Below are positions 9,534 through 19,460 of a DNA stretch of 64,000 nucleotides, in pieces. The notes beneath the pieces were generated by a model, which was not told the origin of the DNA, did not search any database, and was given only the letters and a program-made list of their open reading frames with translations. The position numbers and the translations under genes were made by a program. Each line of letters begins with the position of its first letter. The first letter of the stretch is position 1. The stretch comes from Candidatus Hydrogenedens sp. (GTDB lineage Bacteria; Hydrogenedentota; Hydrogenedentia; Hydrogenedentales; Hydrogenedentaceae), in the NCBI GenBank assembly GCA_049968235.1, contig JBMFRC010000013.1, positions 18,422 through 82,421 on the forward strand, read 5' to 3'.

Positions 9534-11045
9534 TTAGTACACTTCTATTTCTACCACTTGAAATAAGGATTGATGTGTGGAATTGTATGTAGGAACAATA
9601 CGCAAATAACGAGCAATCTGTGGTGAAATTATATCTATTTGCCAACCCCGATTTTCTCCCTCGGTTTTATCTACAACCGTTTTCCAGTTATGACCATCTT
9701 CAGAAAGGTCTATATGATATTGGTAATAACGCTCATCCAGATTGAAAAGTAATAACTGTATCCGATGAACCATTATATCTTTTGAGAAGTCCAGAATAAT
9801 TTCTCCGGGAATACCACAACAGCCAAACCCTGCTGTTCCTGAATAGTTCGTTATATCCCCATCAATCATCCATTCCGGATTTAAGGATGAACAAAAACCC
9901 ACATCCGGTTTTATTATTTTCGTGCCATTATCCCGGTAAGCATAGTTATTACCATTGCGGTCAGGAATTTTGTATTCAACCATCGGTGGTAAATAGGAAG
10001 GCGGTTGATATGTTCCATGAATGAAATATGCAATGTCACGATAAATACTCTTCAATCTATCATCTTCACTATGAGCCAATTTATAAATGGTATCATTTGC
10101 CTGATACCAGGCTATAGGCTTCTTTCCCCATTGAAAATATATCCCAGCCTGCAAATATTGTTGAAAGCGTAATTGATGCGTTTCGGATGTAAGAATCCTA
10201 TCATCCAGTTCCATTTCTACACTACATTGAAACTGTTGAATACGATAGCCTGCCAGAACAAGTCGTTTTTCACCTCCGTCTCCCTCAAAAAAATAATTGG
10301 GTTGAAGAAACATAAAATCAAAGTTGAGGTCTTTCCATAACCAAACATTGTTCCCTGTAAAATAGGGTATCCAGAAGAATTTTAATTTGTTGTTGTGAAT
10401 TATTTCCGCTACAGACTTTATTAGATTTTCCCTGCCTGATGGAATAGACTCTGCAAGGTAGTAAAATCCCATGAAGTTCAAATGCTCATAATTTTCATTA
10501 TGAATTTGGTAGCAGACATCATCGATATACCATTGTAATGCCTTTAAGGCATCTTCCGTTTTCCGAAAATTTAGTGGGACTTCAGAACCCGGTAATGTCC
10601 CAAAATTTATGCAGTTTATATCCGGTTCCGGAATTGTAATGATGATATTTATTTTGTTTTGTATTTTCCCTTCGTTTTTTATTTTGCCGACGCATTGATT
10701 GATAACATTAAGACATGATGTCCATCTAGTGATAAGCCATTTCCACTGCTCAATTGTTGTAATTTCCTGTTCCTTGTCGCCACCCCAGAAAAATTTCCCA
10801 TCCGAAGAACGATACTCAATCAAAAGAAAAGTATCAAACAAAGGAAAAGACTTTCCTGTTACGTTATCCATATAAATAAGATATGGTTCAAAATCTTCTG
10901 ACTGCCAATTCCTTCGTTGGTCTGAACCATAATAAATTAAACAAATATTCTTTATATTTTCCTCTCCATACAAATGATTACACAAAAAGAGAATTACGAT
11001 ATTTGTTATCAGGACAAATTTTATAATGATAACTTTTTCTTTCAC
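9534..11045 (-). CDS. secreted protein with C-terminal discoidin (F5/8 type C) domain
   Basis: signal peptide; C-terminal about 130 aa resembles a galactose-binding-like F5/8 domain; N-terminal domain unassigned. Confidence 0.5.
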   Translation of the reverse strand: MKEKVIIIKFVLITNIVILFLCNHLYGEENIKNICLIYYGSDQRRNWQSEDFEPYLIYMDNVTGKSFPLFDTFLLIEYRSSDGKFFWGGDKEQEITTIEQWKWLITRWTSCLNVINQCVGKIKNEGKIQNKINIIITIPEPDINCINFGTLPGSEVPLNFRKTEDALKALQWYIDDVCYQIHNENYEHLNFMGFYYLAESIPSGRENLIKSVAEIIHNNKLKFFWIPYFTGNNVWLWKDLNFDFMFLQPNYFFEGDGGEKRLVLAGYRIQQFQCSVEMELDDRILTSETHQLRFQQYLQAGIYFQWGKKPIAWYQANDTIYKLAHSEDDRLKSIYRDIAYFIHGTYQPPSYLPPMVEYKIPDRNGNNYAYRDNGTKIIKPDVGFCSSLNPEWMIDGDITNYSGTAGFGCCGIPGEIILDFSKDIMVHRIQLLLFNLDERYYQYHIDLSEDGHNWKTVVDKTEGENRGWQIDIISPQIARYLRIVPTYNSTHQSLFQVVEIEVY

Positions 11046-11317
11046 AGGTAAGGTCCCTTTATAAGAAAAAACAAAACAAAAAATATGTTTATACTTTGCA
11101 GTTATTATACTTACTTGATGCTTCTTTTATAAATCTTTGTTATTAATCCCGGAATAACATTAAAATATATAAAAATATTATTTACATCTTGACTTTTACA
11201 ATATATTGTGGTATTGTAATAATTTGCACTCTATATAATGTGATTTTTGCTATAATATTAAAAGTTTGAATATAGGAAGATAAATATTGAAAAGTAGAAC
11301 ATCATAAGGTTTAGGTT

Positions 11318-11590
11318 ATGTCACCTGATATTCTTGTTGAAGTGGGAAGAAAAGCTATCTGGATAACGCTAATGGTTTCTGCTCCAATGTTGCTTACAGG
11401 AATGTTGGTTGGGCTTCTTATCAGCATTCTGCAATCCGTAACGCAAATCCAGGAAATTACCCTAACATTTGTGCCAAAGATATTAGCAGTTTTTATTGTC
11501 TTCTTAATTGCAATACCGTGGATTTCAAGTGTACTGATTATTTTTACACAAGACCTATTTAATCAAATTCTCGAATTTTCTCGACTATGA
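11318..11590 (+). CDS. fliQ: flagellar biosynthetic protein FliQ
   Basis: 90-aa two-TM protein; operon context with fliR-flhB-flhA. Confidence 0.85.
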   Translation: MSPDILVEVGRKAIWITLMVSAPMLLTGMLVGLLISILQSVTQIQEITLTFVPKILAVFIVFLIAIPWISSVLIIFTQDLFNQILEFSRL

Positions 11591-11604
11591 AGGGTTAATT
11601 ATGG

Positions 11605-12399
11605 ATGGATGAATTTTTACCGACACAAATATTTGAAGTAGATGTTTTTTTGTTCTTCATCCTTGTATTGATGCGGGTATCGGGTCTTTTTGTTTCTATG
11701 CCGATTTTAGGGTCGCAGAATGTTCCCATGATGGTTAAGGCAGGATTAGCAGGTTTAATAGCAATTATCCTTGTTTCAACAATGTCTCCCTTACCCCAGG
11801 GGATTCCTCGTAGTTTTGGGGCATTTCTGGTTGTAGGTGCTTATGAATTTCTTATCGGTGTCGGGATAGGTTTCATTGTTACTCTGATGTTTTCGGCTGT
11901 CCAAATTGCCGGTGAAATCATGGACTTACAGAGTGGCTTTGGAATGATGAACATTTTCAATCCTGCTATGGAAACGCAGTTCCCTATTTTTGGTTTTTAT
12001 CTATTTATTCTCTGGGCAATGTTTTTCTTATGGATAAATGGTCATCTGGTTGTATTACAAATATTAGGGGATAGTTATAAAACGCTTCCTATAGGCTTGA
12101 TGGGGCGAATGGATAATAACTTCGGATGGGAAATAACCAAATGGGGACAAATAATGTTTATGTACGGTGTCCGTCTTGCTGGACCTATCATTGTAACAAT
12201 GATATTGGCATATGCAGTTATGGGAATATTAGGTAGGGCTATTCCTCAGATACATCTTTTAGTTATTGGCTTTCCCATTACCATTGGTTTGGGAATGATT
12301 GTTATAGGAATTTCTTTAGGTGTTTATATAGGTGTTTTCGAGGATATGGCACAGGAAATGGTTCGTGAAGTTCAACTATTTATACGAGGTTTAGGATAG
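11605..12399 (+). CDS. fliR: flagellar biosynthetic protein FliR
   Basis: 264-aa polytopic membrane protein immediately after fliQ. Confidence 0.8.
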   Translation: MDEFLPTQIFEVDVFLFFILVLMRVSGLFVSMPILGSQNVPMMVKAGLAGLIAIILVSTMSPLPQGIPRSFGAFLVVGAYEFLIGVGIGFIVTLMFSAVQIAGEIMDLQSGFGMMNIFNPAMETQFPIFGFYLFILWAMFFLWINGHLVVLQILGDSYKTLPIGLMGRMDNNFGWEITKWGQIMFMYGVRLAGPIIVTMILAYAVMGILGRAIPQIHLLVIGFPITIGLGMIVIGISLGVYIGVFEDMAQEMVREVQLFIRGLG

Positions 12400-12405
12400 T
12401 ATCTT

Positions 12406-13524
12406 ATGCCAGAAGATGTCGGAGGTGAAAAAGTATTTCCGCCTACTCCACGAAAAAAGGAGCGGGCTCGGGAAGAAGGTAATGTAACACGAAGTCAAGA
12501 ATTGACGTCTGCTATCGGCTTAAGTTCTGCTATGGTGGCATTATGGTTTATTGCACCTTTGACTTTTCAACATTTATTAAATGTAACAAAACATTACTTT
12601 GAGGAACCCTGGCAATCTATTTCTGATGCTTCTGAACTTCAATCTTTGATGCTGGAAGTTGGAATTTATATTGGGATAGGTGCTTTGCCTTATATCTTAA
12701 TTATGATGTCTGCAGGTCTGGCTATTGCTTACGCACAGGTGGGCTTACTCTGGACAGGAAAACCTCTTATTCCAAAATTAAATCGAATAAATCCTATTTC
12801 CGGGTTTAATCGGTTTTTTTCTCTACGGGCTTTATACGAGTTGGGGAAAAACATTGCGAAACTGGCTCTTTTATTGGTTATGGTTTATTATGCCCTTCGC
12901 AATCGCTGGACAGAACTCATCCTTCTTCCGAATTACTCTATCGTTGATATTTTATATGTTAGCGGTGAACTATTTCTTGCGGTATGGTGGCGTATAACTC
13001 TTGTTATGTTGGTTCTGGGTATAGCGGATTACGGATTTCAATGGTGGCAACGTGAACAGGATTTGCGTATGACAGTTCGTGAGATGCGGGAAGAAATGAA
13101 AGAGATGGAAGGAGACCCGGCAATAAAAAGACGTGTTCGTCAGATGCAACGGCAAATTGCTTATCAACGAATGTTACGAGAAGTACCCAAAGCAGATGTT
13201 ATCATAACGAACCCAACAGAATTTGCTGTTGCCTTACAATACGATATGAATACAATGCCTGCACCCATCGTGATAGCGAAAGGTGCGAGACTTATAGCCG
13301 ACCGAATCCGCGAAATTGCAGTTCGGCACCAGGTCCCGATTGTGCAGAAACCAGAACTTGCACGGACCTTGTATAAAACGGTTGAGGTCGGTCAAACCGT
13401 CCCTGAAAATTTATTCCGTGCAGTGGCGGAAGTATTAGCCTTCGTATATCGCATCGACCGCAGAGAGGAAAAGCAAAAAGAGCGTCAAGAATTTTTATTA
13501 AAAGAAAACCGTAAAACAGCATAG
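12406..13524 (+). CDS. flhB: flagellar export gate protein FlhB (autocleavage site variant NPTE)
   Basis: 4 TM helices plus cytoplasmic domain with NPTEFAVAL in place of the canonical NPTH. Confidence 0.85.
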   Translation: MPEDVGGEKVFPPTPRKKERAREEGNVTRSQELTSAIGLSSAMVALWFIAPLTFQHLLNVTKHYFEEPWQSISDASELQSLMLEVGIYIGIGALPYILIMMSAGLAIAYAQVGLLWTGKPLIPKLNRINPISGFNRFFSLRALYELGKNIAKLALLLVMVYYALRNRWTELILLPNYSIVDILYVSGELFLAVWWRITLVMLVLGIADYGFQWWQREQDLRMTVREMREEMKEMEGDPAIKRRVRQMQRQIAYQRMLREVPKADVIITNPTEFAVALQYDMNTMPAPIVIAKGARLIADRIREIAVRHQVPIVQKPELARTLYKTVEVGQTVPENLFRAVAEVLAFVYRIDRREEKQKERQEFLLKENRKTA

Positions 13525-13532
13525 GATAGGAT

Positions 13533-15629
13533 ATGGCGGTAGCACCGGCAACACGCGTTCAACCGACAAATCTCTGGAATCTGGCACGCAGTCCAGACAT
13601 CGCACTGGCTATCTGCGTTGTCGGAGTACTGGTAGTGCTTATTATTCCTATTCCAAAAGTACTGATGGATTTACTATTAACATTAAATATTTCTCTTTCT
13701 GTGGTAGTGCTTTTGTCTTCCATGTATCTGCAAAGGGCAGTTGATTTTTCAATTTTCCCGTCATTATTGCTCATTCTTACGCTATTCCGACTAAGTCTAA
13801 ATGTGGCTTCAACTCGATTAATTCTAGCTCAGGCAGATGCGGGTTCGGTCATTCGTGCTTTCGGAACTTTCGTTACTTATGGGAATATCTTTGTTGGTAT
13901 TGTAATTTTTATTATACTCGTTGTTATTCAGTTTGTTGTAATTACTCGAGGAGCAACGCGTATTTCGGAAGTTGCAGCACGGTTTACCTTAGATGCAATG
14001 CCCGGTAAACAGATGGGTGTTGACTCCGATTTAAATGCAGGACTCATAACAGAAGAACAGGCGAGACAACGGCGACATGACATTGAGAGGGAAGCAGACT
14101 TTTATGGAGCTATGGATGGTGCTACAAAATTTGTTCGTGGCGATGCTATAGCAGGGCTTATTATTACCATCATTAATATCTCCGTAGGGCTTGTCATTGG
14201 CGTGTTAATGAACGGTATGTCTTTAGCCGATGCGGCTCGGATATATACACAACTCACTATTGGTGATGGTCTGGTTTCGCAAATTCCTGCGTTGATGATT
14301 TCTACCGCAGCAGGTCTGGTTGTTACACGCACCGTGTCAGAAGAAACCAGTTTAGGTGCAGATTTTACTATTCAATTCAGTCGTTATCCACGAGCATTAG
14401 CCGTCTCTGCAGGTTTATTAGCACTTTTCGGTATCGTACCCGGTATGCCTTTTGGTCCGTTTATTATAGTTGCATTTGTGCTTGGATTTATTGCATATAT
14501 GTCCGTTCAGGTCCAAAGAGAAAAAGAAGCAAAAGCAAAACAAGAAGAGGAACTTACTAAAAAGGCAAAAGAGAAACCAGAAAGTCCCACAGAACGAGCG
14601 GAAGCATTATTAACTATCGACCCCATTAAGGTTGAATTGGGTTTTGCTCTTATAAAATTAGCAGACCGCTCTCAAGGAGGAGATTTGCTATCTCGCGTTC
14701 AAAAAATTCGTGAGCAGATGGCATTGCAAATGGGCTTTGTTGTTCCTGTTGTTCGCATTGTAGACAATCTTCTATTGAAGCCCAATCAATATAGTATTAA
14801 AATTCGTGAAGCAACGGTAGGTTCCTATGAATTACTTCCCGACCATTACCTCGCTATGAATCCCGGAATTGTTGATAAGAATATACAGGGGATTGAGACA
14901 ACGGAACCGGCTTTTGGGCTTCCGGCACTATGGGTCCCTGCAAGTCAGAAAGAACAGGCAGAAAGTGCGGGATATACCGTGGTAGAACCGTCTGCGGTGC
15001 TGGCAACACACCTTTCTGAAATTCTTTCTACCCATGCCGGGGAATTGTTAACCCGTGAAGAAGTGCAACGATTGTTAAAACTATTAAAACAGACTTCCCC
15101 CACTGTGGTCGATGAACTTATACCGAACATTCTCTCATATGGTGAAGTTCAGAAGGTATTGCAAAATTTACTTCGTGAACGAGTGTCTATTCGTAATCTC
15201 GAAGTTATATGTGAGGTTTTGTGTGATTATGGTCCGAGGACCAAAGATACCGATGTATTAACGGAGTATGTTCGTCATGCACTGGCGAGAACCATTTGTG
15301 CACCGCTTGTAGATGAAAACAATACACTGCGAATTGTTACGCTTTCTCCTGCATTGGAGCAGGAAATATTAGATGCTGTAAAAAGAAGTGAAGGAGGTGA
15401 ATATGTCCCTGTTTCGCCTCAGCGTTCACAACAGATTTGTGAAAATACAGCTAAAACTATTCAGCGTCTTGTGTTGGAAGGGTACGAACCTATCGTAGTT
15501 TGCACGGCTAATGTGCGCCGGTTTCTATACCGAATTTTAGAACGAAAATTACCTAAAGTTCGTGTTCTTTCGTATAATGAGATAGATAGCTCAGTTAAAG
15601 TCGAGATTGAAGGACAAATCGAAGTCTAA
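13533..15629 (+). CDS. flhA: flagellar export gate protein FlhA
   Basis: 698 aa, FHIPEP region (ITRGATRISEVAARFTLDAMPGKQM) and large cytoplasmic domain. Confidence 0.9.
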   Translation: MAVAPATRVQPTNLWNLARSPDIALAICVVGVLVVLIIPIPKVLMDLLLTLNISLSVVVLLSSMYLQRAVDFSIFPSLLLILTLFRLSLNVASTRLILAQADAGSVIRAFGTFVTYGNIFVGIVIFIILVVIQFVVITRGATRISEVAARFTLDAMPGKQMGVDSDLNAGLITEEQARQRRHDIEREADFYGAMDGATKFVRGDAIAGLIITIINISVGLVIGVLMNGMSLADAARIYTQLTIGDGLVSQIPALMISTAAGLVVTRTVSEETSLGADFTIQFSRYPRALAVSAGLLALFGIVPGMPFGPFIIVAFVLGFIAYMSVQVQREKEAKAKQEEELTKKAKEKPESPTERAEALLTIDPIKVELGFALIKLADRSQGGDLLSRVQKIREQMALQMGFVVPVVRIVDNLLLKPNQYSIKIREATVGSYELLPDHYLAMNPGIVDKNIQGIETTEPAFGLPALWVPASQKEQAESAGYTVVEPSAVLATHLSEILSTHAGELLTREEVQRLLKLLKQTSPTVVDELIPNILSYGEVQKVLQNLLRERVSIRNLEVICEVLCDYGPRTKDTDVLTEYVRHALARTICAPLVDENNTLRIVTLSPALEQEILDAVKRSEGGEYVPVSPQRSQQICENTAKTIQRLVLEGYEPIVVCTANVRRFLYRILERKLPKVRVLSYNEIDSSVKVEIEGQIEV

Positions 15630-16942
15630 TGGGAAATAAATTTTTAAAAATACGATGCAAACATTTAAGTGAGGTAGCCAACAAGATACATGAATTGTTC
15701 GGTCCACACGCCATCGTTGTTGGAACACAGGAAGTATATGAAAAAGGGATACGAGGCTGGTTCGGACAAAAAACTTATGAGGTAACTGTTTCCATACCGG
15801 AAACAAATGCGACAGAGGAACGAAAAAAATCTGTTATTGAAAAGAAATATCTCGAACATTCCGCTTCACCTGTTGTAGAGGATGAAACAAAGAAGAAAAA
15901 AATTGAAGAATTTGAGCGTATCATTCGTGAGACACAACAGCGATTGAAACAAAAACCTATCACGGAAGGGGAAAGCATAATTCCCCAGAAAGCAAAGGTT
16001 TCCGGCGAAACAGAAACACCTGTGCTTCCTTTCCCTAAAGAAAAATTACGAGAAGCACCTCCTCGAGAAGATATTGTAAAAGCATTACGAGAGATTAGGG
16101 AACTCTTACAGGTTATGTCCGTAGAAACTGCACCAACAGGAATACCTAATGAAACAATTCCCTTTTATAAAGACCTTGTCCAGCAGGGAATGTCTAAACG
16201 GTTATCTGCCGATTTGATACATACTGTCCTACAAAATATGAGTCCGGAACATGCACGCGACCCAAAAATATTTATTGAACGCCTGGCTCTGGAATTAAGA
16301 AAACGAATTGTTACCACCAACGGTATTCCGGTTTGTAGCGGTGTCCCACGATGGATTGTCTTTTGTGGTCCTACAGGCGTCGGGAAAACCACATCCCTTG
16401 CAAAAATATCCGCTCACTTTGCCATTCATGAAAAAGTGCGTGTAGCCCTTGCCTCCACAGATACCTATCGTGTTGGGGCAACCGAACAACTTAAAATTTA
16501 CGCACAAATAATTGGTGTCCCTCTAAAAATTATTGATGACAAGAAAACCGCATGGGAAACAATGCAGGAATACTCAAAATATGACCTGATATTTTTAGAC
16601 ACCGCCGGCAATAGTCCTTTCAATACACGACAAGTAAAGGAACTTCGCGAGATATTACAGATAATAAAACCCTATGAGACGATTCTTGTCCTGGGAGCAC
16701 ATACACCCTTAGAAGATTTGAGATACAGTGTTGCCGGTTTTTCTTCTCTCAATCCGACAAGTCTCGTTTTTACAAAACTGGATGAAACACGCCGTTTCGG
16801 CTCTATGTTAAGTTTAATTTTAGAAACAGGCTTGCCTGTGAGTTACCTTACACATGGACAAAATGTTCCGGATGATTTTACTCTGGCAACTCCGGGCGGA
16901 ATTGTTGAATTACTAATAGAAGGGAAAAGAAATCGTGGCTGA
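15629..16942 (+). CDS. flhF: flagellar biosynthesis SRP-type GTPase FlhF
   Basis: G1 GPTGVGKTT, DTAG, TKLDET motifs; TAATG overlap with flhA. Confidence 0.8.
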   Translation: MGNKFLKIRCKHLSEVANKIHELFGPHAIVVGTQEVYEKGIRGWFGQKTYEVTVSIPETNATEERKKSVIEKKYLEHSASPVVEDETKKKKIEEFERIIRETQQRLKQKPITEGESIIPQKAKVSGETETPVLPFPKEKLREAPPREDIVKALREIRELLQVMSVETAPTGIPNETIPFYKDLVQQGMSKRLSADLIHTVLQNMSPEHARDPKIFIERLALELRKRIVTTNGIPVCSGVPRWIVFCGPTGVGKTTSLAKISAHFAIHEKVRVALASTDTYRVGATEQLKIYAQIIGVPLKIIDDKKTAWETMQEYSKYDLIFLDTAGNSPFNTRQVKELREILQIIKPYETILVLGAHTPLEDLRYSVAGFSSLNPTSLVFTKLDETRRFGSMLSLILETGLPVSYLTHGQNVPDDFTLATPGGIVELLIEGKRNRG

Positions 16943-17807
16943 CCAGGCAGAAAAATTAAGGAAATTAGCAGGACAAACAAAAAAACAATGTCGTGTCATT
17001 GCCATTACCAGCGGTAAAGGCGGTGTTGGGAAAACCAGTGTCAGTGTGAATCTGGCTCTGGCTCTGGCAACACAGGGAGCCCGTGTCGTTCTTGTGGATA
17101 CCGATTTGGGGTTGGGCAATGTCGAGGTTTTAATGGGTCTGCACTCGTTTTACAATCTGGCTCATGTAATTGAAGGGACAAAAACCTTAGAAGAAGTAGT
17201 CATAAAAGCACCCTTAGGGCTGGAAGTAGTACCAGGTTCGTCGGGACTATCCCGCATTGCAGACCTTGTGGACCGTGACCGTGAACGATTAGTCGAAGCA
17301 CTAATGTCCCTTTGTGAACGAAGTGATTTCTTGCTTTTAGACACCATGGCAGGAATTGGGAAAAATACCGTTTCATTTTGCACCTCTGCTGATGAGGTGC
17401 TGTTAGTAACCACACCCGAACCCTCTTCGATTGTAGACGCTTACGCTATGCTAAAAACTATCCATTATCAGAGAAGCGATGCCGTTATAAAGTTGATTGT
17501 AAATATGGTACTGAACTCTGCACAGGCACAAGCAGTAGCAACTAAATTAACAAATGTGGCACAACAATATTTAGGGCGTGGTTTAATCTATCTCGGACAT
17601 ATTGTTCGTGATACTCATGTCAACCAATCCATTATGCAAAGTCAGCCCTTCTTTATTGCCTATCCAAATGCCTCTGCAAGTCGTTGTGTTGAAGCAGTAT
17701 CACAACGACTATTCTATCAAGCACCTGCTATAGAACCTAAAAAGAAATTGGGGTTCATGAAACGATTAGCACAGAACTTCGGCTGGGTTGTAGGTGGCGA
17801 AATATAG
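16935..17807 (+). CDS. flhG: MinD-like ATPase FlhG/FleN (GTG start)
   Basis: deviant Walker A SGKGGVGKTS; 8-nt overlap with flhF. Confidence 0.75.
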   Translation: MADQAEKLRKLAGQTKKQCRVIAITSGKGGVGKTSVSVNLALALATQGARVVLVDTDLGLGNVEVLMGLHSFYNLAHVIEGTKTLEEVVIKAPLGLEVVPGSSGLSRIADLVDRDRERLVEALMSLCERSDFLLLDTMAGIGKNTVSFCTSADEVLLVTTPEPSSIVDAYAMLKTIHYQRSDAVIKLIVNMVLNSAQAQAVATKLTNVAQQYLGRGLIYLGHIVRDTHVNQSIMQSQPFFIAYPNASASRCVEAVSQRLFYQAPAIEPKKKLGFMKRLAQNFGWVVGGEI

Positions 17808-17858
17808 AAGATCTGCTATCATAAAAAATCATGCACATAACAGGAAAGGATAGTTTTA

Positions 17859-19343
17859 ATGAAACGGTATTTTATTCGGCTCATTCAGATAACTTTAATT
17901 TTTATATTGATATTGGTTTTTATTATTCTCTTTAAAACAGAACAGGCACGATGGAAAAGAGCCATTCCTGTCCGTGAAAAAGAACCTCTTTCTTTAGCCC
18001 ATAAACAGGAATATGCCTATCGTCTGGCTAAGGCACTTACATTTAAAACAATTTCATATCAGGAGGAACAGAATAATAATTGGGATGAATATAAAAATTT
18101 TATCCATTACCTCGAAGAAACATTTCCACAGGTCCATTCAACCTTAAAAAAGGACATCGTTAACAAATATAGCCTATTATTTACCTGGGAGGGAAAAAAA
18201 CCATCACTTCCACCTGCATTGTTTTTAGCCCATTATGATGTGGTCCCCGTAGAAGAAGGAACAGAAAATCAATGGAAATATCCTCCTTTCGGTGGCATAG
18301 TTGCTGAGGAATATATCTGGGGACGAGGGGCAATTGATATGAAGTGTAATGTTATCGCTTTATTGGAAAGTGTGAATTACTGGATTCAACAGGGCTATCA
18401 ACCCGAAAGGACATTATTGTTCGCCTTCGGACATGATGAAGAAGTAGGAGGAAGAAACGGTGCCCAAAAAATAGCCGAATTCCTGAAAGAACGAGGCATA
18501 TCGCCGGAATTTAGTTTGGATGAAGGCATGGCAATTAATGAAGGAATTATTCCAGGAATAAACGGACCTGTCGCTCTTATTGGCATTGCAGAAAAAGGGT
18601 ATCTATCTCTGCAACTATCTGTGTCCACACAGGGGGGACATTCCTCTGCTCCATCGGCTGAAAGTTCTATAGGGATTCTTGCCTCCGCTATATGTAAGAT
18701 AGAACAAAACCGTATGCCTGCAAAATTAGTAGGACCTATTCGCTGGATGTTTGAAGACCTTTCCCCTTATATGAATTTCCCTATGCGTATGGTATGTTCC
18801 AATCTATGGTTATTTGATAGATTAATGACGCATGTCTTTGCAAGAATTCCCAGCGCCAATTCCGCAATTCGAACCACTTTCGCACCCACACTTTTCCACG
18901 CCGGTGAAAAAGAAAATGTTCTCCCCACGAATGCCTATGCTGTCGTCAATATTCGTATGCTCCCCGGTGATACCACCGAAAAAGTAACCGATTATACTCG
19001 TAAAGTGGTAAACGATAAGAGAATAGAAATAAAACAATTTTCACCTGAAAAAACCGATGAAGCCAGTCCTATATCCGACAGAAATGCAGAAGGATATAAA
19101 ACCATTGTAAAAACCATTCATGAAGTATGGGGAGATATCCCTGTTGCTAGTGCTTTAACCTTAGCAGGAACTGATTCTGTAAATTATGTTGGCGTGGTAA
19201 AAAATCTATATCGATTCCAGCCATTTAAGTTTACAAAAGAAGATATAAAACTTATTCATGCAACCAATGAACGCCTTCATATAGATAATTATATGAACGG
19301 AATAGAATTTTTTATCCGTCTCTTAAAAAATGTCGGTAAGTAA
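17859..19343 (+). CDS. membrane-anchored M20 family metallopeptidase
   Basis: N-terminal TM; LAHYDVVP, GRGAIDMKC, FGHDEEVGG blocks typical of M20/ArgE/DapE family. Confidence 0.7.
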   Translation: MKRYFIRLIQITLIFILILVFIILFKTEQARWKRAIPVREKEPLSLAHKQEYAYRLAKALTFKTISYQEEQNNNWDEYKNFIHYLEETFPQVHSTLKKDIVNKYSLLFTWEGKKPSLPPALFLAHYDVVPVEEGTENQWKYPPFGGIVAEEYIWGRGAIDMKCNVIALLESVNYWIQQGYQPERTLLFAFGHDEEVGGRNGAQKIAEFLKERGISPEFSLDEGMAINEGIIPGINGPVALIGIAEKGYLSLQLSVSTQGGHSSAPSAESSIGILASAICKIEQNRMPAKLVGPIRWMFEDLSPYMNFPMRMVCSNLWLFDRLMTHVFARIPSANSAIRTTFAPTLFHAGEKENVLPTNAYAVVNIRMLPGDTTEKVTDYTRKVVNDKRIEIKQFSPEKTDEASPISDRNAEGYKTIVKTIHEVWGDIPVASALTLAGTDSVNYVGVVKNLYRFQPFKFTKEDIKLIHATNERLHIDNYMNGIEFFIRLLKNVGK

Positions 19344-19460
19344 TTTTATACATTTCTACAAATTGAATTATTCAATGGGTTACTTTCATATTTGCATAGT
19401 CCACCACCATTCAGTAAAATGTTAAATCGAAAAGAAATAAACACAATAAGGAGAAATGTT

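Noticed and set aside
11318-17807. non-flagellar type III secretion injectisome
   Set aside because: the presence of the SRP-GTPase FlhF and MinD-like FlhG immediately downstream of flhA is a flagellar hallmark; no secretin, needle or translocon genes nearby
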